DNA of 64,000 nucleotides from Azolla caroliniana (Eukaryota > Plantae > Polypodiophyta): positions 489,928 through 553,927 of the forward strand of contig JBHGNT010000024.1 of the NCBI GenBank assembly GCA_043228905.1. Reading direction: 5' to 3'. The notes under the pieces are model-generated. The model searched no databases. It saw only the letters and a program-made list of their open reading frames with translations, and was not told the origin of the DNA. This document shows positions 40,501-55,670 of this stretch, piece after piece (positions within the stretch are counted from its first letter, which is position 1; the number at the start of each line of letters is the position of its first letter). The position numbers were made by a program, and so were the translations under genes.

Positions 40501-43500
40501 GGGAGTTGAGAAGAGCTAGTAGGTAAATTAAAATGTTCATACCGGGCTCGTGTGATATCGTATTTTTGTGTTCAATCATGCAAATCGAAGCAAACAAGGC
40601 TAGCTATGATATGGAATTAAAAAATCAAGATTTTGAAACTCAGGTCGAGAGACATGACGAAAATAGCAAACTTGAGGAGGGAGTTGAGAGGAGCCCTTGA
40701 GTAAATTAAAATGTTCATACCTGGCTCGTGTGATATCGGATTCTTGTGTTCAAACATGCGAATCGAAGCTAACAACGCTACCTATGATATGGAATTAAAA
40801 AATCAAGATTTTCAAACTCAGGTCGAGAGACATGACGAAAATAGCAAACTTGAGGAGGGAGTTGAGAGGAGCCCTTGAGTAAATTAAAATGTTCATACCT
40901 GGCTCGTGTGATATCGGATTTTTGTGTTCAACCATGCAAATCGAAGCTAGCAACGCTAGCTATGATATGGAATTAAAAAATCAAGATTTTGAAACTCAGG
41001 TCGAGAGACATGACGAAAATAGCAAACTTGAGGAGGGAGTTGAGAGGAGCCCTTGAGTAAATTAAAATGTTCATACCTGGCTCGTGTGATATCGGATTTT
41101 TGTGTTCAAACATGCGAATCGAAGCTGGCGACGCTACCTATGATATGGAATTAAAAAATCAAGATTTTGAAACTCAGGTCCAGAGACATGACGAAAATAG
41201 CAAACTTGAGGAGGGAGTTGAGAAGAGCTAGTAGGTAAATGAAAATGTTCATACCTGGCTCGTGTGATATCGGATTTCTGTGTTCAATCATGCAAATCGA
41301 AGCTAACAACGCTAGCTATGATATGGAATTAAAAAAACAAGATTTTGAAACTCAGGTCGAGAGACATGACGAAAATAGCAAACCTGAGGAGGGAGTTGAG
41401 AAGAGCTAGTAGGTAAATTAAAATGTTCATACCGGGCTCGTGTGATATCGGATTTTTGTGTTCAATCATGCAAATCGAAGCTAGCAACGCTAGCTATGAT
41501 ATGGAATTAAAAAATCAAGATTTTGAAACTCAGATCGAGAGACATGACGAAAATAGCAAACTTGAGGACTGAGTTGAGAAGAGCTAGTAGGTAAATTAAA
41601 ATGTTCATACCTAGCTCGTGTGATATCAGATTTTTGTGTTCAAACATGCGAATCGAAGCTAACAACGCTACCTATGATATGGAATTAAAAAATCAGGATT
41701 TTGAAACTCAGGTCGAGAGACATGACGAAAATAGCAAACTTGAGGAGGGAGTTGAGAAGAGCTAGTAGGTAAATTAAAATGTTCATACCGGGCTCGTGTG
41801 ATATCGGATTTTTGTGTTCAATCATGCCAATCGAAGCAAACAACGCTAGCTATGATATGGAATTAAAAAATCAAGATTTTGAAACTCAGGTCGAGAGACA
41901 TGACGAAAATAGCAAACTTGAGGAGGGAGTTGAGAAGAGCTAGTAGGTAAATTAAAATGTTCATACCTGGCTCGTGTGATATCGGATTTTTGTGTTCAAT
42001 CATGCAAATCGAAGCAAACAACGCTAGCTATGATATGGAATTAAAAAATCAAGATTTTGAAACTCAGGTCGAGAGACATGACGAAAATAGCAAACTTGAG
42101 GAGGGAGTTGAGAAGAGCTAGTAGGTAAATTAAAATGTTCATACCTGGCTCGTGTGATATCGGATTTTTGTGTTCAATCATGCAAATCGAAGCAAACAAC
42201 GCTAGCTATGATATGGAATTAAAAAATCAAGATTTTGAAACTCAGGTCGAGAGACATGACGAAAATAGCAAACTTGAGGAGGGAGTTGAGAGGAGCCCTT
42301 GAGTAAATTAAAATGTTCATACCTGGCTCGTGTGATATCGGATTTTTCTGTTCAACCATGCAAATCGAAGCTAGCAACGCTAGCTATGATATGGAATTAA
42401 AAAATCAGGATTTTGAAACTCAGGTCGAGAGACATGACGAAAATAGCAAACTTGAGGAGGGAGTTGAGAAGAGCTAGTAGGTAAATTAAAATGTTCATAC
42501 CTGGCTCGTGTGATATCGGATTTTTGTGTTCAATCATGCAAATCGAAGCTAACAACGCTAGCTATGATATGGAATTAAAAAAACAAGATTTTGAAACTCA
42601 GGTCGAGAGACATGACGAAAATAGCAAACTTGAGGAGGGAGTTGAGAAGAGCTAGTAGGTAAATTAAAATGTTCATACCGGGCTCGTGTGATATCGTATT
42701 TTTGTGTTCAATCATGCAAATCGAAGCAAACAAGGCTAGCTATGATATGGAATTAAAAAATCAAGATTTTGAAACTCAGGTCGAGAGACATGACGAAAAT
42801 AGCAAACTTGAGGAGGGAGTTGAGAGGAGCCCTTGAGTAAATTAAAATGTTCATACCTGGCTCGTGTGATATCGGATTCTTGTGTTCAAACATGCGAATC
42901 GAAGCTAACAACGCTACCTATGATATGGAATTAAAAAATCAAGATTTTCAAACTCAGGTCGAGAGACATGACGAAAATAGCAAACTTGAGGAGGGAGTTG
43001 AGAGGAGCCCTTGAGTAAATTAAAATGTTCATACCTGGCTCGTGTGATATCGGATTTTTGTGTTCAACCATGCAAATCGAAGCTAGCAACGCTAGCTATG
43101 ATATGGAATTAAAAAATCAAGATTTTGAAACTCAGGTCGAGAGACATGACGAAAATAGCAAACTTGAGGAGGGAGTTGAGAGGAGCCCTTGAGTAAATTA
43201 AAATGTTCATACCTGGCTCGTGTGATATCGGATTTTTGTGTTCAAACATGCGAATCGAAGCTGGCGACGCTACCTATGATATGGAATTAAAAAATCAAGA
43301 TTTTGAAACTCAGGTCCAGAGACATGACGAAAATAGCAAACTTGAGGAGGGAGTTGAGAAGAGCTAGTAGGTAAATGAAAATGTTCATACCTGGCTCGTG
43401 TGATATCGGATTTCTGTGTTCAATCATGCAAATCGAAGCTAACAACGCTAGCTATGATATGGAATTAAAAAAACAAGATTTTGAAACTCAGGTCGAGAGA

Positions 43501-43965
43501 CATGACGAAAATAGCAAACCTGAGGAGGGAGTTGAGAAGAGCTAGTAGGTAAATTAAAATGTTCATACCGGGCTCGTGTGATATCGGATTTTTGTGTTCA
43601 ATCATGCAAATCGAAGCTAGCAACGGTAGCTATGATATGGAATTAAAAAATCAAGATTTTGAAACTCAGATCGAGAGACATGACGAAAATAGCAAACTTG
43701 AGGACTGAGTTGAGAAGAGCTAGTAGGTAAATTAAAATGTTCATACCTAGCTCGTGTGATATCAGATTTTTGTGTTCAAACATGCGAATCGAAGCTAACA
43801 ACGCTACCTATGATATGGAATTAAAAAATCAAGATTTTGAAACTCAGGTCGAGAGACATGACGAAAATAGCAAACTTGAGGAGGGAGTTGAGAAGAGCTA
43901 GTAGGTAAATTAAAATGTTCATACCGGGCTCGTGTGATATCGTATTTTTGTGTTCAATCATGCAA
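37558..43965 (+). repeat. 12-monomer HOR type b, three copies
   Basis: Unit starts at 37558, 39694 and 41830; ttttcaaact at 38677, 40813 and 42949. Type-b markers are gctggcgac, gtccaga, cagatc, ggactgag, cctagc and tatcaga. Confidence 0.92.
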
Positions 43966-44429
43966 ATCGAAGCAAACAAGGCTAGCTATGATATGGAATT
44001 AAAAAATCAAGATTTTGAAACTCAGGTCGAGAGACATGACGAAAATAGCAAACTTGAGGAGGGAGTTGAGAGGAGCCCTTGAGTAAATTAAAATGTTCAT
44101 ACCTGGCTCGTGTGATATCGGATTCTTGTGTTCAAACATGCGAATCGAAGCTAACAACGCTACCTATGATATGGAATTAAAAAATCAAGATTTTCAAACT
44201 CAGGTCGAGAGACATGACGAAAATAGCAAACTTGAGGAGGGAGTTGAGAGGAGCCCTTGAGTAAATTAAAATGTTCATACCTGGCTCGTGTGATATCGGA
44301 TTTTTGTGTTCAACCATGCAAATCGAAGCTAGCAACGCTAGCTATGATATGGAATTAAAAAATCAAGATTTTGAAACTCAGGTCGAGAGACATGACGAAA
44401 ATAGCAAACTTGAGGAGGGAGTTGAGAGG

Positions 44430-47400
44430 AGCCCTTGAGTAAATTAAAATGTTCATACCTGGCTCGTGTGATATCGGATTTTTGTGTTCAAACATGCGAA
44501 TCGAAGCTGGCGACGCTACCTATGATATGGAATTAAAAAATCAAGATTTTGAAACTCAGGTCCAGAGACATGACGAAAATAGCAAACTTGAGGAGGGAGT
44601 TGAGAAGAGCTAGTAGGTAAATGAAAATGTTCATACCTGGCTCGTGTGATATCGGATTTCTGTGTTCAATCATGCAAATCGAAGCTAACAACGCTAGCTA
44701 TGATATGGAATTAAAAAAACAAGATTTTGAAACTCAGGTCGAGAGACATGACGAAAATAGCAAACCTGAGGAGGGAGTTGAGAAGAGCTAGTAGGTAAAT
44801 TAAAATGTTCATACCGGGCTCGTGTGATATCGGATTTTTGTGTTCAATCATGCAAATCGAAGCTAGCAACGCTAGCTATGATATGGAATTAAAAAATCAA
44901 GATTTTGAAACTCAGGTCGAGAGACATGACGAAAATAGCAAACTTGAGGACTGAGTTGAGAAGAGCTAGTAGGTAAATTAAAATGTTCATACCTAGCTCG
45001 TGTGATATCAGATTTTTGTGTTCAAACATGCGAATCGAAGCTAACAACGCTACCTATGATATGGAATTAAAAAATCAAGATTTTGAAACTCAGGTCGAGA
45101 GACATGACGAAAATAGCAAACTTGAGGAGGGAGTTGAGAAGAGCTAGTAGGTAAATTAAAATGTTCATACCGGGCTCGTGTGATATCGGATTTTTGTGTT
45201 CAATCATGCCAATCGAAGCAAACAACGCTAGCTATGATATGGAATTAAAAAATCAAGATTTTGAAACTCAGGTCGAGAGACATGACGAAAATAGCAAACT
45301 TGAGGAGGGAGTTGAGAAGAGCTAGTAGGTAAATTAAAATGTTCATACCTGGCTCGTGTGATATCGGATTTTTGTGTTCAATCATGCAAATCGAAGCTAG
45401 CAACGCTAGCTATGATATGGAATTAAAAAATCAAGATTTTGAAACTCAGGTCGAGAGACATGAGGAAAATAGCAAACTTGAGGAGGGAGTTGAGAAGAGC
45501 TAGTAGGTAAATGAAAATGTTCATACCTGGCTCGTGTGATATCGGATTTTTGTGTTCAATCATGCAAATCGAAGCAAACAACGCTAGCTATGATATGGAA
45601 TTAAAAAATCAAGATTTTGAAACTCAGGTCGAGAGACATGACGAAAATAGCAAACTTGAGGAGGGAGTTGAGAAGAGCTAGTAGGTAAATTAAAATGTTC
45701 ATACCTGGCTCGTGTGATATCGGATTTTTGTGTTCAATCATGCAAATCGAAGCAAACAACGCTAGCTATGATATGGAATTAAAAAAAGAAGATTTTGAAA
45801 CTCAGGTCGAGAGACATGACGAAAATAGCAAACTTGAGGAGGGAGTTGAGAAGAGCTAGTAGGTAAATTAAAATGTTCATACCTGGCTCGTGTGATATCG
45901 GATTTTTGTGTTCAACCATGCAAATCGAAGCTAGCAACGCTAGCTATGATATGGAATTAAAAAATCAGGATTTTGAAACTCAGGTCGAGAGACATGACGA
46001 AAATAGCAAACTTGAGGAGGGAGTTGAGAAGAGCTAGTAGGTAAATTAAAATGTTCATACCTGGCTCGTTTGATATCGGATTTTTGTGTTCAACCATGCA
46101 AATCGAAGCTAGCAACGCTAGCTATGATATGGAATTAAAAAATCAGGATTTTGAAACTCAGGTCGAGAGACATGACGAAAATAGCAAACTTGAGGAGGGA
46201 GTTGAGAAGAGCTAGTAGGTAAATTAAAATGTTCATACCTGGCTCGTGTGATATCGGATTTTTGTGTTCAACCATGCAAATCGAAGCTAGCAACGCTAGC
46301 TATGATATGGAATTAAAAAATCAAGATTTTGAAACTCAGGTCGAGAGACATGACGAAAATAGCAAACTTGAGGAGGGAGTTGAGAAGAGCTAGTAGGTAA
46401 ATTAAAATGTTCATACCTGGCTCGTGTGATATCGGATTTCTGTGTTCAATCATGCAAATCGAAGCTAACAACGCTACCTATGATATGGAATTAAAAAAAC
46501 AAGATTTTGAAACTCAGGTCGAGAGACATGACGAAAATAGCAAACCTGAGGAGGGAGTTGAGAAGAGCTAGTAGGTAAATTAAAATGTTCATACCGGGCT
46601 CGTGTGATATCGGATGTTTGTGTTCAATCATGCAAATCGAAGCTAGCAACGCTAGCTATGATATGGAATTAAAAAATCAAGATTTTGAAACTCAGATCGA
46701 GAGACATGACGAAAATAGCAAACTTGAGGACTGAGTTGAGAAGAGCTAGTAGGTAAATAAAAATGTTCATACCTAGCTCGTGTGATATCAGATTTTTGTG
46801 TTCAAACATGCGAATCGAAGCTAACAACGCTACCTATGATATGGAATTAAAAAATCAAGATTTTGAAACTCAGGTCGAGAGACATGACGAAAATAGCAAA
46901 CTTGAGGAGGGAGTTGAGAAGAGCTAGTAGGTAAATTAAAATGTTCATACCGGGCTCGTGTGATATCGGATTTTTGTGTTCAATCATGCCAATCGAAGCA
47001 AACAACGCTAGCTATGATATGGAATTAAAAAATCAAGATTTTGAAACTCAGGTCGAGAGACATGACGAAAATAGCAAACTTGAGGAGGGAGTTGAGAAGA
47101 GCTAGTAGGTAAATTAAAATGTTCATACCTGGCTCGTGTGATATCGGATTTTTGTGTTCAATCATGCAAATCGAAGCAAACAACGCTAGCTATGATATGG
47201 AATTAAAAAATCAAGATTTTGAAACTCAGGTCGAGAGACATGACGAAAATAGCAAACTTGAGGAGGGAGTTGAGAAGAGCTAGTAGGTAAATTAAAATGT
47301 TCATACCTGGCTCGTGTGATATCGGATTTTTGTGTTCAATCATGCAAATCGAAGCAAACAACGCTAGCTATGATATGGAATTAAAAAATCAAGATTTTGA

Positions 47401-50400
47401 AACTCAGGTCGAGAGACATGACGAAAATAGCAAACTTGAGGAGGGAGTTGAGAGGAGCCCTTGAGTAAATTAAAATGTTCATACCTGGCTCGTGTGATAT
47501 CGGATTTTTCTGTTCAACCATGCAAATCGAAGCTAGCAACGCTAGCTATGATATGGAATTAAAAAATCAGGATTTTGAAACTCAGGTCGAGAGACATGAC
47601 GAAAATAGCAAACTTGAGGAGGGAGTTGAGAAGAGCTAGTAGGTAAATTAAAATGTTCATACCTGGCTCGTGTGATATCGGATTTTTGTGTTCAATCATG
47701 CAAATCGAAGCTAACAACGCTAGCTATGATATGGAATTAAAAAAACAAGATTTTGAAACTCAGGTCGAGAGACATGACGAAAATAGCAAACTTGAGGAGG
47801 GAGTTGAGAAGAGCTAGTAGGTAAATTAAAATGTTCATACCGGGCTCGTGTGATATCGTATTTTTGTGTTCAATCATGCAAATCGAAGCAAACAACGCTA
47901 GCTATGATATGGAATTAAAAAATCAAGATTTTGAAACTCAGGTCGAGAGACATGACGAAAATAGCAAACTTGAGGAGGGAGTTGAGAGGAGCCCTTGAGT
48001 AAATTAAAATGTTCATACCTGGCTCGTGTGATATCGGATTCTTGTGTTCAAACATGCGAATCGAAGCTAACAACGCTACCTATGATATGGAATTAAAAAA
48101 TCAAGATTTTCAAACTCAGGTCGAGAGACATGACGAAAATAGCAAACTTGAGGAGGGAGTTGAGAGGAGCCCTTGAGTAAATTAAAATGTTCATACCTGG
48201 CTCGTGTGATATCGGATTTTTGTGTTCAACCATGCAAATCGAAGCTAGCAACGCTAGCTATGATATGGAATTAAAAAATCAAGATTTTGAAACTCAGGTC
48301 GAGAGACATGACGAAAATAGCAAACTTGAGGAGGGAGTTGAGAGGAGCCCTTGAGTAAATTAAAATGTTCATACCTGGCTCGTGTGATATCGGATTTTTG
48401 TGTTCAAACATGCGAATCGAAGCTGGCGACGCTACCTATGATATGGAATTAAAAAATCAAGATTTTGAAACTCAGGTCCAGAGACATGACGAAAATAGCA
48501 AACTTGAGGAGGGAGTTGAGAAGAGCTAGTAGGTAAATGAAAATGTTCATACCTGGCTCGTGTGATATCGGATTTCTGTGTTCAATCATGCAAATCGAAG
48601 CTAACAACGCTACCTATGATATGGAATTAAAAAAACAAGATTTTGAAACTCAGGTCGAGAGACATGACGAAAATAGCAAACCTGAGGAGGGAGTTGAGAA
48701 GAGCTAGTAGGTAAATTAAAATGTTCATACCGGGCTCGTGTGATATCGGATTTTTGTGTTCAATCATGCAAATCGAAGCTAGCAACGCTAGCTATGATAT
48801 GGAATTAAAAAATCAAGATTTTGAAACTCAGATCGAGAGACATGACGAAAATAGCAAACTTGAGGACTGAGTTGAGAAGAGCTAGTAGGTAAATTAAAAT
48901 GTTCATACCTAGCTCGTGTGATATCAGATTTTTGTGTTCAAACATGCGAATCGAAGCTAACAACGCTACCTATGATATGGAATTAAAAAATCAAGATTTT
49001 GAAACTCAGGTCGAGAGACATGACGAAAATAGCAAACTTGAGGAGGGAGTTGAGAAGAGCTAGTAGGTAAATTAAAATGTTCATACCGGGCTCGTGTGAT
49101 ATCGGATTTTTGTGTTCAATCATGCCAATCGAAGCAAACAACGCTAGCTATGATATGGAATTAAAAAATCAAGATTTTGAAACTCAGGTCGAGAGACATG
49201 ACGAAAATAGCAAACTTGAGGAGGGAGTTGAGAAGAGCTAGTAGGTAAATTAAAATGTTCATACCTGGCTCGTGTGATATCGGATTTTTGTGTTCAATCA
49301 TGCAAATCGAAGCAAACAACGCTAGCTATGATATGGAATTAAAAAATCAAGATTTTGAAACTCAGGTCGAGAGACATGACGAAAATAGCAAACTTGAGGA
49401 GGGAGTTGAGAAGAGCTAGTAGGTAAATTAAAATGTTCATACCTGGCTCGTGTGATATCGGATTTTTGTGTTCAATCATGCAAATCGAAGCAAACAACGC
49501 TAGCTATGATATGGAATTAAAAAATCAAGATTTTGAAACTCAGGTCGAGAGACATGACGAAAATAGCAAACTTGAGGAGGGAGTTGAGAGGAGCCCTTGA
49601 GTAAATTAAAATGTTCATACCTGGCTCGTGTGATATCGGATTTTTCTGTTCAACCATGCAAATCGAAGCTAGCAACGCTAGCTATGATATGGAATTAAAA
49701 AATCAGGATTTTGAAACTCAGGTCGAGAGACATGACGAAAATAGCAAACTTGAGGAGGGAGTTGAGAAGAGCTAGTAGGTAAATTAAAATGTTCATACCG
49801 GGCTCGTGTGATATCGGATTTTTGTGTTCAATCATGCCAATCGAAGCAAACAACGCTAGCTATGATATGGAATTAAAAAATCAAGATTTTGAAACTCAGG
49901 TCGAGAGACATGACGAAAATAGCAAACTTGAGGAGGGAGTTGAGAAGAGCTAGTAGGTAAATTAAAATGTTCATACCTGGCTCGTGTGATATCGGATTTT
50001 TGTGTTCAATCATGCAAATCGAAGCAAACAACGCTAGCTATGATATGGAATTAAAAAATCAAGATTTTGAAACTCAGGTCGAGAGACATGACGAAAATAG
50101 CAAACTTGAGGAGGGAGTTGAGAAGAGCTAGTAGGTAAATTAAAATGTTCATACCTGGCTCGTGTGATATCGGATTTTTGTGTTCAATCATGCAAATCGA
50201 AGCAAACAACGCTAGCTATGATATGGAATTAAAAAATCAAGATTTTGAAACTCAGGTCGAGAGACATGACGAAAATAGCAAACTTGAGGAGGGAGTTGAG
50301 AGGAGCCCTTGAGTAAATTAAAATGTTCATACCTGGCTCGTGTGATATCGGATTTTTGTGTTCAAACATGCGAATCGAAGCTGGCGACGCTACCTATGAT

Positions 50401-53400
50401 ATGGAATTAAAAAATCAAGATTTTGAAACTCAGGTCCAGAGACATGACGAAAATAGCAAACTTGAGGAGGGAGTTGAGAAGAGCTAGTAGGTAAATTAAA
50501 ATGTTCATACCTGGCTCGTGTGATATCGGATTTCTGTGTTCAATCATGCAAATCGAAGCTAACAACGCTAGCTATGATATGGAATTAAAAAAACAAGATT
50601 TTGAAACTCAGGTCGAGAGACATGACGAAAATAGCAAACCTGAGGAGGGAGTTGAGAAGAGCTAGTAGGTAAATTAAAATGTTCATACCGGGCTCGTGTG
50701 ATATCGGATTTTTGTGTTCAATCATGCAAATCGAAGCTAGCAACGCTAGCTATGATATGGAATTAAAAAATCAAGATTTTGAAACTCAGGTCGAGAGACA
50801 TGACGAAAATAGCAAACTTGAGGACTGAGTTGAGAAGAGCTAGTAGGTAAATTAAAATGTTCATACCTAGCTCGTGTGATATCAGATTTTTGTGTTCAAA
50901 CATGCGAATCGAAGCTAACAACGCTACCTATGATATGGAATTAAAAAATCAAGATTTTGAAACTCAGGTCGAGAGACATGACGAAAATAGCAAACTTGAG
51001 GAGGGAGTTGAGAAGAGCTAGTAGGTAAATTAAAATGTTCATACCGGGCTCGTGTGATATCGGATTTTTGTGTTCAATCATGCCAATCGAAGCAAACAAC
51101 GCTAGCTATGATATGGAATTAAAAAATCAAGATTTTGAAACTCAGGTCGAGAGACATGACGAAAATAGCAAACTTGAGGAGGGAGTTGAGAAGAGCTAGT
51201 AGGTAAATTAAAATGTTCATACCTGGCTCGTGTGATATCGGATTTTTGTGTTCAATCATGCAAATCGAAGCTAGCAACGCTAGCTATGATATGGAATTAA
51301 AAAATCAAGATTTTGAAACTCAGGTCGAGAGACATGAGGAAAATAGCAAACTTGAGGAGGGAGTTGAGAAGAGCTAGTAGGTAAATGAAAATGTTCATAC
51401 CTGGCTCGTGTGATATCGGATTTTTGTGTTCAATCATGCAAATCGAAGCAAACAACGCTAGCTATGATATGGAATTAAAAAATCAAGATTTTGAAACTCA
51501 GGTCGAGAGACATGACGAAAATAGCAAACTTGAGGAGGGAGTTGAGAAGAGCTAGTAGGTAAATTAAAATGTTCATACCTGGCTCGTGTGATATCGGATT
51601 TTTGTGTTCAATCATGCAAATCGAAGCAAACAACGCTAGCTATGATATGGAATTAAAAAAAGAAGATTTTGAAACTCAGGTCGAGAGACATGACGAAAAT
51701 AGCAAACTTGAGGAGGGAGTTGAGAAGAGCTAGTAGGTAAATTAAAATGTTCATACCTGGCTCGTGTGATATCGGATTTTTGTGTTCAACCATGCAAATC
51801 GAAGCTAGCAACGCTAGCTATGATATGGAATTAAAAAATCAGGATTTTGAAACTCAGGTCGAGAGACATGACGAAAATAGCAAACTTGAGGAGGGAGTTG
51901 AGAAGAGCTAGTAGGTAAATTAAAATGTTCATACCTGGCTCGTGTGATATCGGATTTTTGTGTTCAACCATGCAAATCGAAGCTAGCAACGCTAGCTATG
52001 ATATGGAATTAAAAAATCAGGATTTTGAAACTCAGGTCGAGAGACATGACGAAAATAGCAAACTTGAGGAGGGAGTTGAGAAGAGCTAGTAGGTAAATTA
52101 AAATGTTCATACCTGGCTCGTGTGATATCGGATTTTTGTGTTCAACCATGCAAATCGAAGCTAGCAACGCTAGCTATGATATGGAATTAAAAAATCAAGA
52201 TTTTGAAACTCAGGTCGAGAGACATGACGAAAATAGCAAACTTGAGGAGGGAGTTGAGAAGAGCTAGTAGGTAAATTAAAATGTTCATACCTGGCTCGTG
52301 TGATATCGGATTTCTGTGTTCAATCATGCAAATCGAAGCTAACAACGCTACCTATGATATGGAATTAAAAAAACAAGATTTTGAAACTCAGGTCGAGAGA
52401 CATGACGAAAATAGCAAACCTGAGGAGGGAGTTGAGAAGAGCTAGTAGGTAAATTAAAATGTTCATACCGGGCTCGTGTGATATCGGATTTTTGTGTTCA
52501 ATCATGCAAATCGAAGCTAGCAACGCTAGCTATGATATGGAATTAAAAAATCAAGATTTTGAAACTCAGATCGAGAGACATGACGAAAATAGCAAACTTG
52601 AGGACTGAGTTGAGAAGAGCTAGTAGGTAAATAAAAATGTTCATACCTAGCTCGTGTGATATCAGATTTTTGTGTTCAAACATGCGAATCGAAGCTAACA
52701 ACGCTACCTATGATATGGAATTAAAAAATCAAGATTTTGAAACTCAGGTCGAGAGACATGACGAAAATAGCAAACTTGAGGAGGGAGTTGAGAAGAGCTA
52801 GTAGGTAAATTAAAATGTTCATACCGGGCTCGTGTGATATCGGATTTTTGTGTTCAATCATGCCAATCGAAGCAAACAACGCTAGCTATGATATGGAATT
52901 AAAAAATCAAGATTTTGAAACTCAGGTCGAGAGACATGACGAAAATAGCAAACTTGAGGAGGGAGTTGAGAAGAGCTAGTAGGTAAATTAAAATGTTCAT
53001 ACCTGGCTCGTGTGATATCGGATTTTTGTGTTCAATCATGCAAATCGAAGCAAACAACGCTAGCTATGATATGGAATTAAAAAATCAAGATTTTGAAACT
53101 CAGGTCGAGAGACATGACGAAAATAGCAAACTTGAGGAGGGAGTTGAGAAGAGCTAGTAGGTAAATTAAAATGTTCATACCTGGCTCGTGTGATATCGGA
53201 TTTTTGTGTTCAATCATGCAAATCGAAGCAAACAACGCTAGCTATGATATGGAATTAAAAAATCAAGATTTTGAAACTCAGGTCGAGAGACATGACGAAA
53301 ATAGCAAACTTGAGGAGGGAGTTGAGAGGAGCCCTTGAGTAAATTAAAATGTTCATACCTGGCTCGTGTGATATCGGATTTTTCTGTTCAACCATGCAAA

Positions 53401-55670
53401 TCGAAGCTAGCAACGCTAGCTATGATATGGAATTAAAAAATCAGGATTTTGAAACTCAGGTCGAGAGACATGACGAAAATAGCAAACTTGAGGAGGGAGT
53501 TGAGAAGAGCTAGTAGGTAAATTAAAATGTTCATACCTGGCTCGTGTGATATCGGATTTTTGTGTTCAATCATGCAAATCGAAGCTAACAACGCTAGCTA
53601 TGATATGGAATTAAAAAAACAAGATTTTGAAACTCAGGTCGAGAGACATGACGAAAATAGCAAACTTGAGGAGGGAGTTGAGAAGAGCTAGTAGGTAAAT
53701 TAAAATGTTCATACCGGGCTCGTGTGATATCGTATTTTTGTGTTCAATCATGCAAATCGAAGCAAACAACGCTAGCTATGATATGGAATTAAAAAATCAA
53801 GATTTTGAAACTCAGGTCGAGAGACATGACGAAAATAGCAAACTTGAGGAGGGAGTTGAGAGGAGCCCTTGAGTAAATTAAAATGTTCATACCTGGCTCG
53901 TGTGATATCGGATTCTTGTGTTCAAACATGCGAATCGAAGCTAACAACGCTACCTATGATATGGAATTAAAAAATCAAGATTTTCAAACTCAGGTCGAGA
54001 GACATGACGAAAATAGCAAACTTGAGGAGGGAGTTGAGAGGAGCCCTTGAGTAAATTAAAATGTTCATACCTGGCTCGTGTGATATCGGATTTTTGTGTT
54101 CAACCATGCAAATCGAAGCTAGCAACGCTAGCTATGATATGGAATTAAAAAATCAAGATTTTGAAACTCAGGTCGAGAGACATGACGAAAATAGCAAACT
54201 TGAGGAGGGAGTTGAGAGGAGCCCTTGAGTAAATTAAAATGTTCATACCTGGCTCGTGTGATATCGGATTTTTGTGTTCAAACATGCGAATCGAAGCTGG
54301 CGACGCTACCTATGATATGGAATTAAAAAATCAAGATTTTGAAACTCAGGTCCAGAGACATGACGAAAATAGCAAACTTGAGGAGGGAGTTGAGAAGAGC
54401 TAGTAGGTAAATGAAAATGTTCATACCTGGCTCGTGTGATATCGGATTTCTGTGTTCAATCATGCAAATCGAAGCTAACAACGCTACCTATGATATGGAA
54501 TTAAAAAAACAAGATTTTGAAACTCAGGTCGAGAGACATGACGAAAATAGCAAACCTGAGGAGGGAGTTGAGAAGAGCTAGTAGGTAAATTAAAATGTTC
54601 ATACCGGGCTCGTGTGATATCGGATTTTTGTGTTCAATCATGCAAATCGAAGCTAGCAACGCTAGCTATGATATGGAATTAAAAAATCAAGATTTTGAAA
54701 CTCAGATCGAGAGACATGACGAAAATAGCAAACTTGAGGACTGAGTTGAGAAGAGCTAGTAGGTAAATTAAAATGTTCATACCTAGCTCGTGTGATATCA
54801 GATTTTTGTGTTCAAACATGCGAATCGAAGCTAAGAACGCTACCTATGATATGGAATTAAAAAATCAAGATTTTGAAACTCAGGTCGAGAGACATGACGA
54901 AAATAGCAAACTTGAGGAGGGAGTTGAGAAGAGCTAGTAGGTAAATTAAAATGTTCATACCGGGCTCGTGTGATATCGGATTTTTGTGTTCAATCATGCC
55001 AATCGAAGCAAACAACGCTAGCTATGATATGGAATTAAAAAATCAAGATTTTGAAACTCAGGTCGAGAGACATGACGAAAATAGCAAACTTGAGGAGGGA
55101 GTTGAGAAGAGCTAGTAGGTAAATTAAAATGTTCATACCTGGCTCGTGTGATATCGGATTTTTGTGTTCAATCATGCAAATCGAAGCAAACAACGCTAGC
55201 TATGATATGGAATTAAAAAATCAAGATTTTGAAACTCAGGTCGAGAGACATGACGAAAATAGCAAACTTGAGGAGGGAGTTGAGAAGAGCTAGTAGGTAA
55301 ATTAAAATGTTCATACCTGGCTCGTGTGATATCGGATTTTTGTGTTCAATCATGCAAATCGAAGCAAACAACGCTAGCTATGATATGGAATTAAAAAATC
55401 AAGATTTTGAAACTCAGGTCGAGAGACATGACGAAAATAGCAAACTTGAGGAGGGAGTTGAGAGGAGCCCTTGAGTAAATTAAAATGTTCATACCTGGCT
55501 CGTGTGATATCGGATTTTTCTGTTCAACCATGCAAATCGAAGCTAGCAACGCTAGCTATGATATGGAATTAAAAAATCAGGATTTTGAAACTCAGGTCGA
55601 GAGACATGACGAAAATAGCAAACTTGAGGAGGGAGTTGAGAAGAGCTAGTAGGTAAATTAAAATGTTCAT
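44430..55670 (+). repeat. Block duplication with 33-monomer (5874 bp) offset, about 5.3 kb shared
   Basis: gctggcgac ~44509/50383, ggactgag without cagatc ~44951/50825, catgagg 45464/51338, taaataaaa 46759/52633 and ttttcaaact 48111/53985. Confidence 0.85.
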
